Below are positions 1-13,555 of a DNA stretch of 64,000 bases, one piece after another; the first letter of the stretch is position 1; every line of letters begins with the position of its first letter. Origin of the DNA: Epiperipatus broadwayi (lineage: Eukaryota; Animalia; Onychophora). A model generated the notes under the pieces. The model worked only from the letters and a program-made list of their open reading frames with translations, was not told the origin of the DNA and did no database searches. The DNA is taken from assembly GCA_028023455.1 (NCBI GenBank), contig JAQFVV010000004.1, positions 24,924,001-24,988,000 on the forward strand. Reading direction: 5' to 3'. Made by a program: the position numbers and the translations under genes.

Positions 1-385
1 CATTTTAAAGTTCCGTTAAAATTATATTTTAATGTGTCAAAAAAATTAAGTAATACACTTTTTTTAAAACAAAAAATTTAATATGTTCTGCCTCTCTGTG
101 TAAGACGAGAGAGAGAAAAAAAAGTTCTTTTCTTCTGACAACGTGTCTAATTTGAATACTGCCTCAGTTTAACTCAAGTATCTTTTCTTTTTTTCTTTTT
201 AATGATTGGATAATTAATTTCTTTTCTTTTTTTTATTGAGACAGATAAAAAAAATAAGATAACTTAACATTTTATTTAAATCCATCAATCACAAAATTAA
301 AAATATGATTTTTCCTTTTTTTTTTAACAAATTACAGCTTTATTGCGTTCCCAATTAGATTGAATCACGCTAGGCGTTTTTATAT

Positions 386-396
386 GGGGGGGGGGG
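386..396. repeat. G11 homopolymer (similar G runs at 3939-3949 and 3959-3967)
   Basis: Read directly from the sequence. Confidence 0.95.
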
Positions 397-849
397 TCTT
401 TTGAATATTTATATGAGTAACAGCATAACTGTTTCAATATATATATATATTGTACCCTTAGCAGGGATGACCATCTACTACTACCTCTTCTTCTGACTCA
501 GCCAAGTTAAAATTTATTTCTTACACATAAAAATTCTAAGTAATAATTCACATCAATTTATTACTTATCTACTATATTACATTAATATTGATAAATTGTT
601 TAATAAGTAAACATTATTAATCATGAGACTTGCAATTTAAATTGTCCAGTAACTACCCTCTTTTTAGCATTAGGAATATAGCAAAAGTATACCCTCAAAG
701 ACATAGGAATATCATGAGACCTCACTAAAATATTAATGATACTCCTATGATTCACAATTAGGAAAAATAAATTATATTTAATATTTAAATCTCCTAAATT
801 AAATTTAACTATAGCATCATATTATATTCATTTATCTAATAAAATAATT

Positions 850-3250
850 ATATCTTTCCTTTACTAACATTTTATAATTTAATTAACATCTCAAGGAATT
901 GTTATTGCTTCTTAAAGTAAGTAAATTAATTGATATAACTAAATGTAAAAAGGGATTTTATATACATCTAGCTCAAGAAACAAATAACTCATCAATTTTT
1001 CCCTTTTAAAATCATTAACTACTTTTCTGAAAATTTGACCAAAACTAATTAAAATTATAAACTAATAATGATCATTATTCATTATCATAAACAAATTCAA
1101 AATAATTTCTTCTTACAATGTATTATAATCTAATAATTTTTTTTATGTGGCATTCTAGATATTATCAGTCTTTACTATAATCATTGAGTCCGTTAAAGAA
1201 AAAAATATATTTCTCTAATTTTTAGATTCAATATCAAATATCTTTAACAATCACAATATGTTCCTTATTTATTATTTAATTTAGATTATGTGCAATAATA
1301 TTCAAATATCGTTAATTATTATTATGCATATGTAATTAGGATGATGCATAATGATTTGGAAATAAGAAAAAAAGAGACTCTCAACACTTTGTTAATTATA
1401 AAACAACATTAATAGTTATTATAACAGTAATACAAACATTCTAAGAAAAATAATACATATATTACATTTATTAAAATATATATACATGAAAATTTAAAAA
1501 TTAACATTTAAAAAAATACTTATAATAGAAATAAATAATTCGCACTTTGCTTTAAAATTATTTACAATGATAATATAGTATCTTTTACACCTAATTCTGT
1601 GGATATTAAGATATTCCTTAATAATTCCATATTAAAACATATCAATAACGTAGACAACTTATACATTATCATATTAAAAATATTTCAAAATATATTCTTT
1701 TATCATCATTACTTTCCTCTCAATCTTGTATAAAATTAAACTTAATTATAACTACATAATTCGTTATACTTTTCTATGTTTATTCTTAATTATAAAATAG
1801 ACATATACTTATTTAAATATTAATTATGATAAGTTATGCTATTATATTATTTATAATAATATAAATTATGATCAGGTTTTTTTTTCATCATCACATCTCT
1901 TATAACCGCAACATTCATTTTAAATTTGATATAAAAACATTCATAAAATCTTTATTTATACACCCTTTTAATACTTTATTTGTCCTATATTTAATTCTTG
2001 CACTAAATGAATTATCTTATCATCATTTGCAAGTCTAACTATTATCCTTGCTCAAACATACAATTCTCTAATATGATGTAGATACTAGTGTGAGTTTAGT
2101 GATTATAAGTGAGGGATGGACAAAAACTATAAGAAACAATAATATCATGGATTACATAAATTAAGGCCACATTTTTTTACGACAACCTTAATTTCTATCT
2201 TGGCTTTTCTTTTAAGCTCTTTCAGATTTGTCAAAAAAGTGCTACTATCCATGAATCACAAACATACTGGCTTACTTTAACTATGTTATACTTAATATAA
2301 ATAACACATCCCAATTACTACAAGATTTCCCAATAAACTAATTTCCTGAACCATTAATTGTTTATCAAAACATTCAGTATAAATCCTCAACATTGTAGAT
2401 GAATACTATACATCTTTTCTTAAAATAATACCCAAACATATGCTTTACATTTTATTATTTGGACACATTGGACATACAAAGAAGATTAAAAGAAAAACAA
2501 ACAAATAACTTATGATATACAACCTATCATAAGTATAGTAAGTTATTTTTACCTTGTTCAAAGATCAATTATACATACATTTTATAATCGCATTCTGTTT
2601 ATAATAACTACATTCATATCTCTATAATTTACTTTTACACGAATATTCATATAATAAATATTATACATATTTATTTTACCTGATTTTTGGTTTGAATAAT
2701 CCAATACCAATATCTTGTACTAAACAATAGTAAATTAAAGTTATCTTAATCATAATAGTCTTATGATTATTATTGACGATCTGCTGCTTCATTTAACCTT
2801 GATATAGAATCATCATAATAATAATAAACCAAGAAAAAATAATTTTCATTTCTCTTTTTTGTTACCAAACAATTCTAAAAATATTTAAATCTTAAAACTA
2901 ATAAAATATGAATAAATAATTATGAAATATTAACATTATCATATAGACTATAGTTCATATGTTACAATAAAAAAACAAAGTTCCCTTCCATTCCTTGACT
3001 GAATAAAATATTTTTGAAGAGGAAGCCTGTTTTTCATGCTGACCAGTTTACTTGAATAGAAAGAGATTTTTTTCTTTCCTTTTCTCCTCTCTGTGCCTTT
3101 TCTGTTCTTTGCAATATAAATGAAAACATGAAGAAAATCTAAATAACTTAATTATAAATAATAATAAGTTCTTGTAGTAACTATTCATATTTCTAATATC
3201 ACTGACAAAAACAAATTCCTTCACATTTAACAAATAGGTATATATTATTT
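850..3250 (+). mobile_element. Heavily decayed LINE (L1/Tx1-like APE endonuclease relic)
   Basis: Only scattered motif-like pieces (e.g. HLAQET near 965-980, resembling the APE LQET motif); many stops. Weak. Confidence 0.25.
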
Positions 3251-3329
3251 AATAAGACATATTATTTTTAAAAAGTTTCCTTTCTTTTGTTCAACTTTTA
3301 AAACATTTGATGTAGAATTATACAGTTAT

Positions 3330-3930
3330 AAATTCTCCAAATCCTTTTCATTTAACATGCTAATAATTCCACTATTTTCTAGTAGACTTATATCATTATA
3401 GAATTCTCAAAATCATTCACACCTAACATGTTAATAACTTTTAATAATATTTGCTAGTAAAATTATAAAACTCTAGAGTTCTCATTCTGAATAATCTATA
3501 TTTATTATATTAAAATAATTACTAATTATTACTTAAATGGAATGACAGTTAGTAGATACTTTTTTACTAAAAATTAGACAGTCTATATATTTTTCTTTTT
3601 AAAATTATAATCATTCTCCTAAAGTGACTAATAAATTTATATCAGGAAATGTTAATAATTTTACTGAATAAAAGTCATTACCTTTATCACTGATAATTAA
3701 TAAAGTTAGTAGAAAATGTTCTTTATTATTCTGTATACAAAAATTAATAAAGATAAATTTCTTACATATCCCTCACATTGTCCTGTAGGCAAATCAGTTT
3801 AATACTCTGCAAAGCTTTTTAACCAGATACATTTTATCATCTAAACTATATTATTTCCTACCATCACCATAAGATTCTAGTTGACTCCTGCAATATACCA
3901 ATGAGGATAGCTTAACTTTCTATTCCATAG
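3330..3930 (-). mobile_element. Decayed CR1/L2-type LINE reverse transcriptase fragment
   Basis: Minus-strand pieces in the expected order: GILQES (cf. GVPQGS), LICLQDNVRI (cf. LFADDxKI), NMLG (cf. ANxMLGxI). Confidence 0.4.
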
Positions 3931-5808
3931 TTAAATTTGGGGGGGGGGGTTGTTTGGTGGGGGGGGGATTTAGTACATAAACTTTTTAAGATACTTTCCA
4001 TATTTTTACAAGTTATTGCTACTACTTTTTAAAATCAAAATAAGAAAATTATTAACAAATTTTGACTTAATATTTAAAAACAAAAGGAATTCAGTTTTAT
4101 TCCTATGAAAATTTTCTAATTTCACCTCCCTTCACATCTACTCACCTATATTTATAGGAAAAAAAACCTTCCAATACTTGATTGGTTAATTGAAAGCAGA
4201 CACTTGTTAAAATGTGCACATTAACTATTTTTGTCTAGTCTTTTAAAAATGATTTTATAACTAAGATTATTAAATAATATATTTTCATAATTTTATATTA
4301 ATACAAAATTTAAATGCATCTTTTAATAAAGAACACTTTTTGTTTCAACTTAAATTTTGATACATAAAATTTTATAAAATTGATAAAGTTAAATAAAATA
4401 TAACATTTGATTTAAACAAGTAATAAGCCAATTTAAGAACAAGAAAGTATAAAATGTAATTAATTATTAAAAGAATGTGTGTATGTACACTTATTAACAT
4501 ATACCTCATTTTTCATTTATTTTAAGTTGTTACTAGCGATTATGTAAAATTTAATATTTCTATGAAAATTGACTACTATTTACAACCATATAATAATGTA
4601 GCAAAATAGAAAGGTTACAATAAATATATATATAAACAAATATAATACCTACATACTGTAGATAATATGTAAAAACATATTCTACAACAGTATGTAGACA
4701 ATTATCAAGAATTATGGTAATAAATCATAATGTTTGCTATTTGCTGAACCAGGCTTTTAATACATAAAATCTTATCCACATGTGTGTAAAAATAAACCAT
4801 ACTAGTCACTTATTACAATAGATATTAGCATATTTGCATATGTAAAATTGTAAATTGATCTAGCAGTTAGCAAATAGCAAAAATTGTTAAGATTTTTTAC
4901 TATAATTTTTAGACAATTATCTATATACTCTTTTAAAAGATATATATTATTATTTTGCTTATGACCACTATAGAAATTGATAGTACGATTTTTAATATGG
5001 CAATGTTTGTTAATAATCAATTAATATTTTGCAGGACATTTCTCTCTATAAACCTGACATTATCTGTTGCTTGAGAAATCACACCAAATATAAGAAATAC
5101 ATTTCTATTTAATTGTTTTCATAATGTTCAATTTGATATTAAAGTTTAAATATGAATTTCAGTAGTAATTTAACTAAAATCGTCTTTATATCACCTTAAT
5201 GTTAATTGACAAGGCAGATCTTATAATCAAACTCATTTTAAAATAATCTTACAAACATTTAAATATGTAAATATTTATTAAATTAAACTCACATAATTAT
5301 ATAATATATTAACATTTTTTTTTTTCATATTCTAGAGAAATTTATAGTCTATTTTATAGAACCGTTTAATAAAAAATTGACTAATCTCTTGCAGGGTGTG
5401 TGTTTCTATCAATAAATTTGATATTATCGGAGGCTTAGGAGACCAGTTGAGATTACTCCAAACATAGCAACTCAAATTTTATTTGGGTATCTTCATAATA
5501 TTTAATTTGATATTAAAGTTTTAGCATGAATTCTAAATGTCTATAGAAAGTATCAATAAAATGATGTACTTATGTGTATTTAGTATATACATACAATGTT
5601 GAATTATATATTTTCATGGATTTTTTTAATTTGATAAAGAATGGAAACAGAGAGAACTTTACTATTTGATGTTGGAAGGAAATCATCAGTTACTAATTAA
5701 GAATTTTGAGACTAAATAAGTTTATATATTTATTAAAGATCATCATTAGGCAAAAATTTTATATAATTTTTTTGAAAAAAAAAGAGAATTCAATTAGATA
5801 TTATAAAG

Positions 5809-6945
5809 CAGGGGTTGGCAACCTAAGGCATGTATATGAAGCATGGCATTCAGAATTATTATCAATGGAACTCTGATTAAATTGAAATAGTAATTAAAAG
5901 TGCATATTTAGGCCACACCTAAATTTTGCATATATGACTCACATGTAAATGGAAACCATGATTCAGTTTAATTTACTAATAATTTTGTACAAAAACATAT
6001 ATTTAATCTTTGTTATATTCAGTAAAAATAAGGGTTAAGTGAAATGGAAATATATATATTTTTGCCAGGAAGGATTAATTTAGCCTGGATTTTTTTTATT
6101 GACGTTCAAATGACCTTTGATACATTTATATGCAACTGCGTGTTTAGAGTAAATTTATATTCAGACAGAATATTATATCGATTAATTCATTTGAAAAACT
6201 TCTATTTGTAATTATATAGTAATACTTTTTAAATTTTGGCACATTTACTTGAAAAAAAAGTTTAGAGTTAGTGATAGTCAGGTTAATGTGCGAATGAATT
6301 TCACAAGTACATGAGACTTGATAATATCGTTTGGATCTCAAAGAAGTTAAAAATCATTGTTTTTTTTTTTGGCGTCTATTGTGTTATAAAAATAAATTTC
6401 TCATAGAGAAAAATTCTAAATGACTATAGTTTTAAAGAAAAAAAAAGGAATATGAAAAACTTCCAATTTCGAGTTAGATTTTTTATATCACAAAAATGAG
6501 TTTCTTGGAAACATTTTTGATGAATGCTAGAAAAATATTTGTTTTATTTTGTTAGAGTTCATTAATCAGCTTTTTAAACTAAATCATTGAAAGTTAATGG
6601 CTCTTTGTGAATACTGAACTAACCATTAATTGGCAAATTTATAAACAATACACATTTTTTAATGGGATGAATTTTCTCCATGCCAAAGAAAATTTGAAGC
6701 ATGTTTTTCAAATGCAATATAATTTAACAAAACATAGTTTTTACATATGGTTCTATGAATTTTAAAATATTTAATGGCCAATAATAAAAGATCCGGTTAG
6801 AATAGACTTGAAAAGTATATAATATATAATTTTGAAGCTCATTATAACAGATACAATTTTTATACTATATATAATAAGATTGCTAGAATCATATTGGCAT
6901 GTAAAATAACATCATAACATAGATTTGGCACATTGCTGAATTCTA
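5809..6945 (-). mobile_element. Internally deleted hAT (Charlie-like) DNA transposon
   Basis: Starts CAGGGGTTGGCAACC (Charlie-type TIR). Flanked by 8-bp near-duplicates ttataaag (5801-5808) and ttgtaaag (6946-6953). Weak transposase remnants on the minus strand. A second copy lies at 46957-47585. Confidence 0.7.
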
Positions 6946-7099
6946 TTGTAAAGTATATCCTAAAATCACCTACAAATAAAATGGTATTTAAATTACAAAA
7001 AATACATTTTGTAAGTAGATAGCAAAGGCGTACATTTTTTTAAAAAATAAACAGGCATAGAACTATCTACTTATATTGGGATCAAAAGTGAAACCAGGC

Positions 7100-7950
7100 T
7101 CCATGTAGCATCAACAATATCTAGAGGAGGAGTGCTTTGTCTCTATTTATAATTTTTGAAATTTTATTATAAAATGAGTGATTGCAATTTCCTGCTGAAA
7201 CAAAAGGTCATTTTAGGAACCAAAGTATCCATAATTGCAAGGAAAAGGCCCTATCTATTACATGCTATCAATGAGAATGGTAATACAGGAAGTGTGCAAT
7301 TTAGTAATTGACTCAATAATATTTTTATAGATGAGAGCAGCACACTGGATGAATTGTTTCTTGAGATAACAAAGGCATCCAATGTGAACATGTATCATTT
7401 TCTGTAATAAAAAATGACTAGTGGATAGGCTTCTAAATTGATTTTGAAAAGGAAATACAGGTATTTTGATTCCAAAGATAAGAATTTGAATAATTTTTGA
7501 TTATTGTTAATTGGTAATAGTAAGGAGATACTAATAGTTAAGAATTCCTAGCACTACAAATCATGTTGTAAGTCTTCCAAAAGAGTATTTTCCTAGACAA
7601 TGTATTATGATTAAAATCAGTACAAGCAGAAATAAATTTGATTAAGAATTGAAAAAAAATACTGGGTGAGGCATATTAGTAGGTATGACTAGAGTAAATT
7701 TCATAGCATTAGGGTAAGTAGAGACAAATTTGAAAAAAATATTGAGTGACTTCTCAAAATGAAAGGTAGGGATTGAATGGAGGGAAAAGCCATTATTTTT
7801 AATATGCTTCTGTAAGGGCCCAATACTAATTTTAACAGCTCTTTTATTCCAAATAAAGTTTGGAACAGAGTGAATTAGTCTTCTTCTTGAAAGCCTTAGC
7901 ATAATCAATAATTGATATATAGTGTACCATTTATTTATATCTGACACAAA
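7100..7950 (-). mobile_element. Tx1/L1-clade LINE ORF2 3' fragment (degenerate)
   Basis: ORF 7642-7947 contains NFIWNKRAVKISIGPLQKHIKNNGFSL (cf. FIWxxKxPxI...GGLGL). A downstream zf-RVT-like piece NLEAYPLVIFITENDTCSH...QETIHPVCC parallels the 22.0-22.5 kb element. Confidence 0.6.
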
Positions 7951-8369
7951 TATATTGGCATTTGGTAAGATATTTAAAAATCTTAAAAAAAAAGTAAATT
8001 TAAAGATCTGTTAAAAGATGCATTATAATTTTTTTTTTTTAGTTAGTATAATTTATTTTTTTTAAAAATGAACAATGAAAGCTAATTTTGTTGTTTTGAA
8101 TTATTACTTTAATTAAAAATTAAAATTGGAAAGAATAAAAGACACCAGATTACTAATCCAGATAAACTAAAAGAAAGAGATTTCCACAAACAGATTACAA
8201 TCAAAGTTTTAAAGCTAATTAAAGATGGCAGAAAGAATTTATATAAAAACAGAACTTTGTAGTTGGAAAATACAAAATAAATGTACAAGATTATCAACTT
8301 GTATTTAATGATAAAACAAAGATAAATATATGTGCAGAAGTCTAAAAACTGGACCTCGAGTATAAAATG

Positions 8370-8630
8370 AAGAATGCCAGTGTGATCAGGATCTTGTTTT
8401 GTCTGTTTTTCTTTTGGCTGGTTCTGATCATGAAAGATCCAGGGCCACTCTATGCTAAAATAATTCATCATGCTGCAGTGGACTGAAGCTTTTATTGACA
8501 TCGTTCATCATGAAGATGTCAACCCCAAAAAGCTTTTATGACTAACTTTCGGATGGACCAAGAAAAGTTTAAAACCAATGGCCATGAGCTCATTCTACCT
8601 CTCATGAAAAACCATGCATGGTAATCAACA
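8370..8630 (+). mobile_element. PIF/Harbinger transposase N-terminal relic
   Basis: Frame MTNFRMDQEKFKTNGHELILPLMK resembles the Harbinger NFRMxxxxFxxLxxxL motif. No TIRs identified. Confidence 0.4.
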
Positions 8631-8959
8631 ATATACGTAAACTTGCTAAACTTACCAGTAAGCTTAATTATTCCAGATTGTGACTAAATTAAGTGTTTGC
8701 AACCCATTCTCAAATATAAACTTATAATATAATCTCAATAGAGATATAATTTTTTTTATTCAAGAAACTTTCATTTATGGTCTAAGAAATCAAAGTGTAA
8801 TATGAACTATAGTAATTAATTGATCAACATTATTATCTGGATTAGCATGTAGATGTTTTCCAATTTTATTTAACAATTTATCTTTAAATATTTTAATTTT
8901 CTAGAAAAAAATATTTATTTATAATATCAATTTTTCATTGTGTGTTACTAAGGTCAGTT

Positions 8960-11900
8960 TATTAAAATTTAAATGTATGATTTACCTCTGCCAATAGTTA
9001 TTAATTAAGCCCAGGAGAAATATTCTCTGAAAATAAAGTTACAAGAAATCATAATCCCGATCTTTTCAGTTACTTGCATCAAAATTATGTGGATGTGAGG
9101 AAGTTAAGAGTTTACTGACTATGGCACCCCCTTATAAATTAAAACTAACTTCATCAGTAATCCCAATCATAATATTAAGTAATCTTAGGCTGAGTTAATC
9201 AGGAAATATAGCTATGTTTTTTAGAAATATGAATAAAATATTTTTCATCTTCATAGCTTGATTAACTCATGCATATTAATGCATAATTGAAGGCCTATCA
9301 AAACATGAAAAACATTACAATAATAAGTCATTTTTGGAAAAATCAATATACTGATAAGAGAGGTTTGGACAAGAAGTTAGTTATATTTTCAACATATATG
9401 AAAATAGAGCTGTGAATAGATATTCTCAAAGCATTGATTGATTTATAAATGGGAAATCCAAGAAGTTATGAGGGAGTGAGTCAATAAAAGTATAGGAAAT
9501 ACTATTACCAGAAAGTATACTTCAGGTGGATGGCTTATTGAGTTTTAATTCAAAGTATATAGTATGCCATATAAACTTCCAGAATGGAAATAAAGGAAGG
9601 TACTTCTTAAAGGACAGGAAAATGACAAGATCATCCATGAATGATATATGTTTGACTGCTTTATTAATCAGCAGAATATATATTCCAGGCAATATCTTCT
9701 CTATTTCCAGCAGCAGCAGGTTTATATTAATAGTAAAAAACAAAGCACTTGAAGGCAATACTTGTTAAGTAAAGTGATGGGTTTAAACACCAGATTAATA
9801 ATGATGAAAATTACTCTATTCATTATAAGGTTAGCTAAAATGTAGAGAAACAGAATGCTATGTGATTGTAATAGTTCAATGAGAGGTGTCAATAGGAACA
9901 GATCAAAAAATGATAAAATATCTAGTTGTACTGAACCAGCTATTCTAGTGACTCTAACTTGGTTAATAACAAATTTTAAACAGAGTGATAGCATCAGAAG
10001 TGGAAACACCCTTTTTAGAAAACTGTTGGTCTGAGATGGAAGGCAGAATAATAGATTTATCTTATCCCTAATGTTGGATTCAATGATTGTGATAAGTAAA
10101 AATGACATAGAGATAGGATAACAGTTATTAATAGAGGAGAGGGAAGAGTATTTTGCTGGACAAATGGAACTAAAGAAATTGGCTAAATATTATAGATATG
10201 ATAAAGTTGCTTAGAAAATAAGGCAAGTTTGTAATAATTAGTACCATGAAATAACTGATATGCAAATAGTAAGAAGGTATTTAGAAATGACATGATGATC
10301 AGGGTGAATGCTAATGGGTAAGAATTTCATCTTAAACATAATGTTACACTTTGTAATATTATGATCTTGGTGACTTTCACCAAAAGCAAATACTTGAATT
10401 CAGGAATGCTGATAGTTTGCAACTTAGATTTAAAGTGGTAAAAAATAAAAAGCACTATGTTAAGTTCGGTGTAGAAATGCTTATTTACAATAAATGAAGA
10501 CAGGACAGACTTTTTTTACTTTTATAAGAAAGGGCCCAGTTGATGTACTCTTTTGATCAGTTATGATATTGAACCAAGAAGATTTTGACATTTTTAGTAA
10601 AAAGTTATTTAGCCAAAGTTGATTGAGTATGCTTTGATTGCTGCTTAAAGAACTCAATTGGAGAAACAAAAGCAGGGTCCCAAGAAGTTGGCTTTCAATT
10701 TCAAATTACTAGGCCAAGATACTAAAGCTATAAGTTACTTTTTTACCAGGGTAATGTCTAATGATTGACTGGATAATATTGATTAAAGAAAACCAAGCTA
10801 CAGTAAGTTGTAGAAAAAGGATAACAATTCAACTAAAATAAATGAATTTTTCAGAGATTACAACCTCTGAAGATTTAGCCTTAAGCATCATTATTGCAAA
10901 GAGTAGCTTGTGTATGAAAATCAATATCAATTTGTATAGGCAGTGCCAAATGATCAGAAAAAAACAACAGTTTTTAAAGTTTGAATAACTATAAAGTGCA
11001 GATCAGACAATGAGAGTTGAATGCTTTAAAGCATAGAAGGATAAAGCCTTACTAGGGGAAAAGCCTTCACCACTTGTCAATTTACAATTGAAACAATGAA
11101 TGTACAAAATCAATATAAGGCATATTATCACCAAAAAGACTAGGAAAAGAGTTGAATGAAAAAATAAGGTTAATGTGACATATAAGTTTTTGTATAAAGT
11201 TGGTTTATTATATAAATAAAGATAAACAATGCTTATTATAAATGCAGCATAATAAAAGATAATGACAATCATATTTTGATTGAAGAAAAGAATGTTAAGG
11301 GAATGAAATGGTGCTTTAAGATGAAGTAAAACCACTATTCTGTTGGAAGTGAAAAACTATAAAATCCCAAACCTACCAAATATCTAACAAGACTGAGATC
11401 AGAATGCATATAAAGCTTAATCTTAGAGAAGAAAGTAATATGAGGAGGAAATTGAAAGATCCAATGGCTGACAGAAATCAGCCATTTGGTAGAGTTCATA
11501 TCATCACTTTGATACCAATAATATTCATTTGCATAAACTACACACTTTAAATGGCAAAAGAATAAGCAACTTAAAATGAGAAAAAAAACCCAGAAAAACT
11601 ATTTAAAAAATGCTACATTATTTGAGAAAAATATCATATAGACCAAAAACATAAAACACAGATAAGCTCGGGGAAAGACATACATAAACAAATCATGTTT
11701 TTCAAACTTAAACATAATAATAGAGAAAAACAAGCCAAATATGCAATAAAACAAGAGACTTTGGTAGATATATTCCCAATGAGAGGCATTTCGCAGTCCA
11801 TGTTTGAATTGGTATCAACTTCAGCAACCACATCCTGGCTACATGCTTATGAGTGTAAACTCCATCAAAGAAAATTTTATTCTGACAACAAGATTGCAAT

Positions 11901-12650
11901 TTGAATTAAAGCCTCCTAGTCTATTGTTGATCTCTAGGAACACTTCATTATAGGAGAGATTCAGATTCAGTGAAAGTTTTCCACTTTTTTAAGAGCTCTT
12001 ATATTAGAAGGTGCTTGGAATTCAGTTTTTACAGATTTAGAATCAGATTTAAACTCAGCAGTGACATTAGTATTAGAACTTTGACTATTTTTCATCTTCT
12101 TCTTACTCTTCACTTTTCACTTCTTAGACATTTGATCTGGTGTAAATATATCAGTTCAAGAAAGAGACTTAAACCATTTCAGATTCAGAGTACACCACCG
12201 ATAAACATAAATTTTTATGTGACAGGATCAACAGCAGCCTTGGATGATAATGGTATAGCAGTAATGTAAGAATTTTCGGAAATAGGTATAGGCATTTGAT
12301 ATTGGTGCAAAGCCTTGGAGCACTGATGACTTTTGGACATTTTTATCTGACATTGTTGACAAACATTGAGGTGAAACATCTCTAAAGGTTATTATTAAGG
12401 GAGAAAACTCAGTAGCATACAAACACCCCTTTAAAATTATACTAAATGTGTCTGTGTGTGTTAGTACTATTACACTAGTTCATTTATCTAGCAGGAATTT
12501 AAAATTCAATATAATTCTGAAACTGTTAAACAGAAACTGGAGATTTATATCTCTGAAGTCAATACAACATTCTTCAATTAAGCACCAGAGGCCTATCTGG
12601 GTCAATGTAACACAACATTGTATCATTTAAAGAAATAATGTTTTTTAAAA
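8960..12650 (+). mobile_element. Near-full-length degenerate Tx1/L1-clade LINE ORF2 (APE-RT-zinc finger)
   Basis: Ordered motifs: LQE (about 9040, APE), YKKGPVDVL...MILNQEDFDI (about 10530-10590, cf. KKGD..NYRPISLLNxDYKI), GEKPSPL (about 11055, cf. QGxPLSP), KYL (about 11380), PFGRVHIITLI (about 11485). Many stops and frameshifts. Confidence 0.75.
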
Positions 12651-12902
12651 GAAATCTTTTTGGATAGATTTACAAAATTCTAAATAGATGTATCTGTCAT
12701 TAGTATAACAAAACTTTGCAAATAATGTTCAATAAAGTTTTTCTGGTGAACACTGCATAAAATTCTTTTATTGGAACTTAAAAAGATCATTTTATGCACT
12801 TGTAATGATAATTTATGAGAGTTTTAGTTAAATTTATTAGTATATTACTGATATAATTGCTGAACAATAGTTATAGAATCAGAATTAGAACTATTTAAAG
12901 AT

Positions 12903-12925
12903 CCCCCCCCCCCCCCCCCCCCCCC

Positions 12926-12961
<36 letters not shown>
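12903..12961. repeat. Poly-C tract (59 nt, one T at 12926) followed by a G7 run
   Basis: Read directly from the sequence. Confidence 0.95.
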
Positions 12962-12962
<1 letters not shown>

Positions 12963-13098
12963 TTGGGGGGGCCATAACTTTATTCAAATCATAATTTATC
13001 AAGTTAAAAATGTTATTATCATTCATCCATAGATATTCAAGGCTTACTCAAGCCCTCAAATTGCAAATTTGTAATGCATGGGTTTTTCTATTTCTGTC

Positions 13099-13555
13099 CT
13101 ACAGTAAGATTTTTAACATTTGGAAAACCAATTCTGCTATTTTCAGACTATTGGATAGATAATTATTATTAGCAACTGATTTTTGAAGTCTAGAGTCATA
13201 TTTAGACAAATTATTTGAATGATTACTACCATCATTACTAATGTTTAATGCTGAAAAGTCTTTTATCTTATTAATAACACTCATGAATGAGTTAGAAAGC
13301 AAAATGTACTTTCCTGTAACTAATGACTTCTTAATAACAGGAATATTGAAATGAGAAATAGGCACAATGCTTAGGTGAGGGTTATCTAGAAAATGTGATG
13401 GTAATGTAGATATTTCAGCATCATTTGACAGTGAAAGTAAAAAATCTTCCAAAATAGTAGACTTATCAATGTAACCAAGAGTATAATGAAAAATAATATA
13501 ATTTTTTACAGATGTTGAGTCAATTAGCTCACTATAGAGCTTACCAGAAAGAGAA
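13099..13555 (-). CDS. Candidate terminal coding exon of an unidentified gene (SLSGKLYSELIDSTSVKNY...AELVFQMLKILL*)
   Basis: About 150 stop-free codons in very AT-rich DNA, extending the listed ORF upstream to acceptor ...aaatttgaag. Stop at 13099-13101, and AATAAA on the minus strand at 12979-12984. No recognised domain. Confidence 0.4.

Noticed and set aside
8375-8494. Short ORF MKNASVIRILFCLFFFWLVLIMKD... resembling a signal peptide
   Set aside because: Falls in the probable Harbinger relic, with no splice or expression support.
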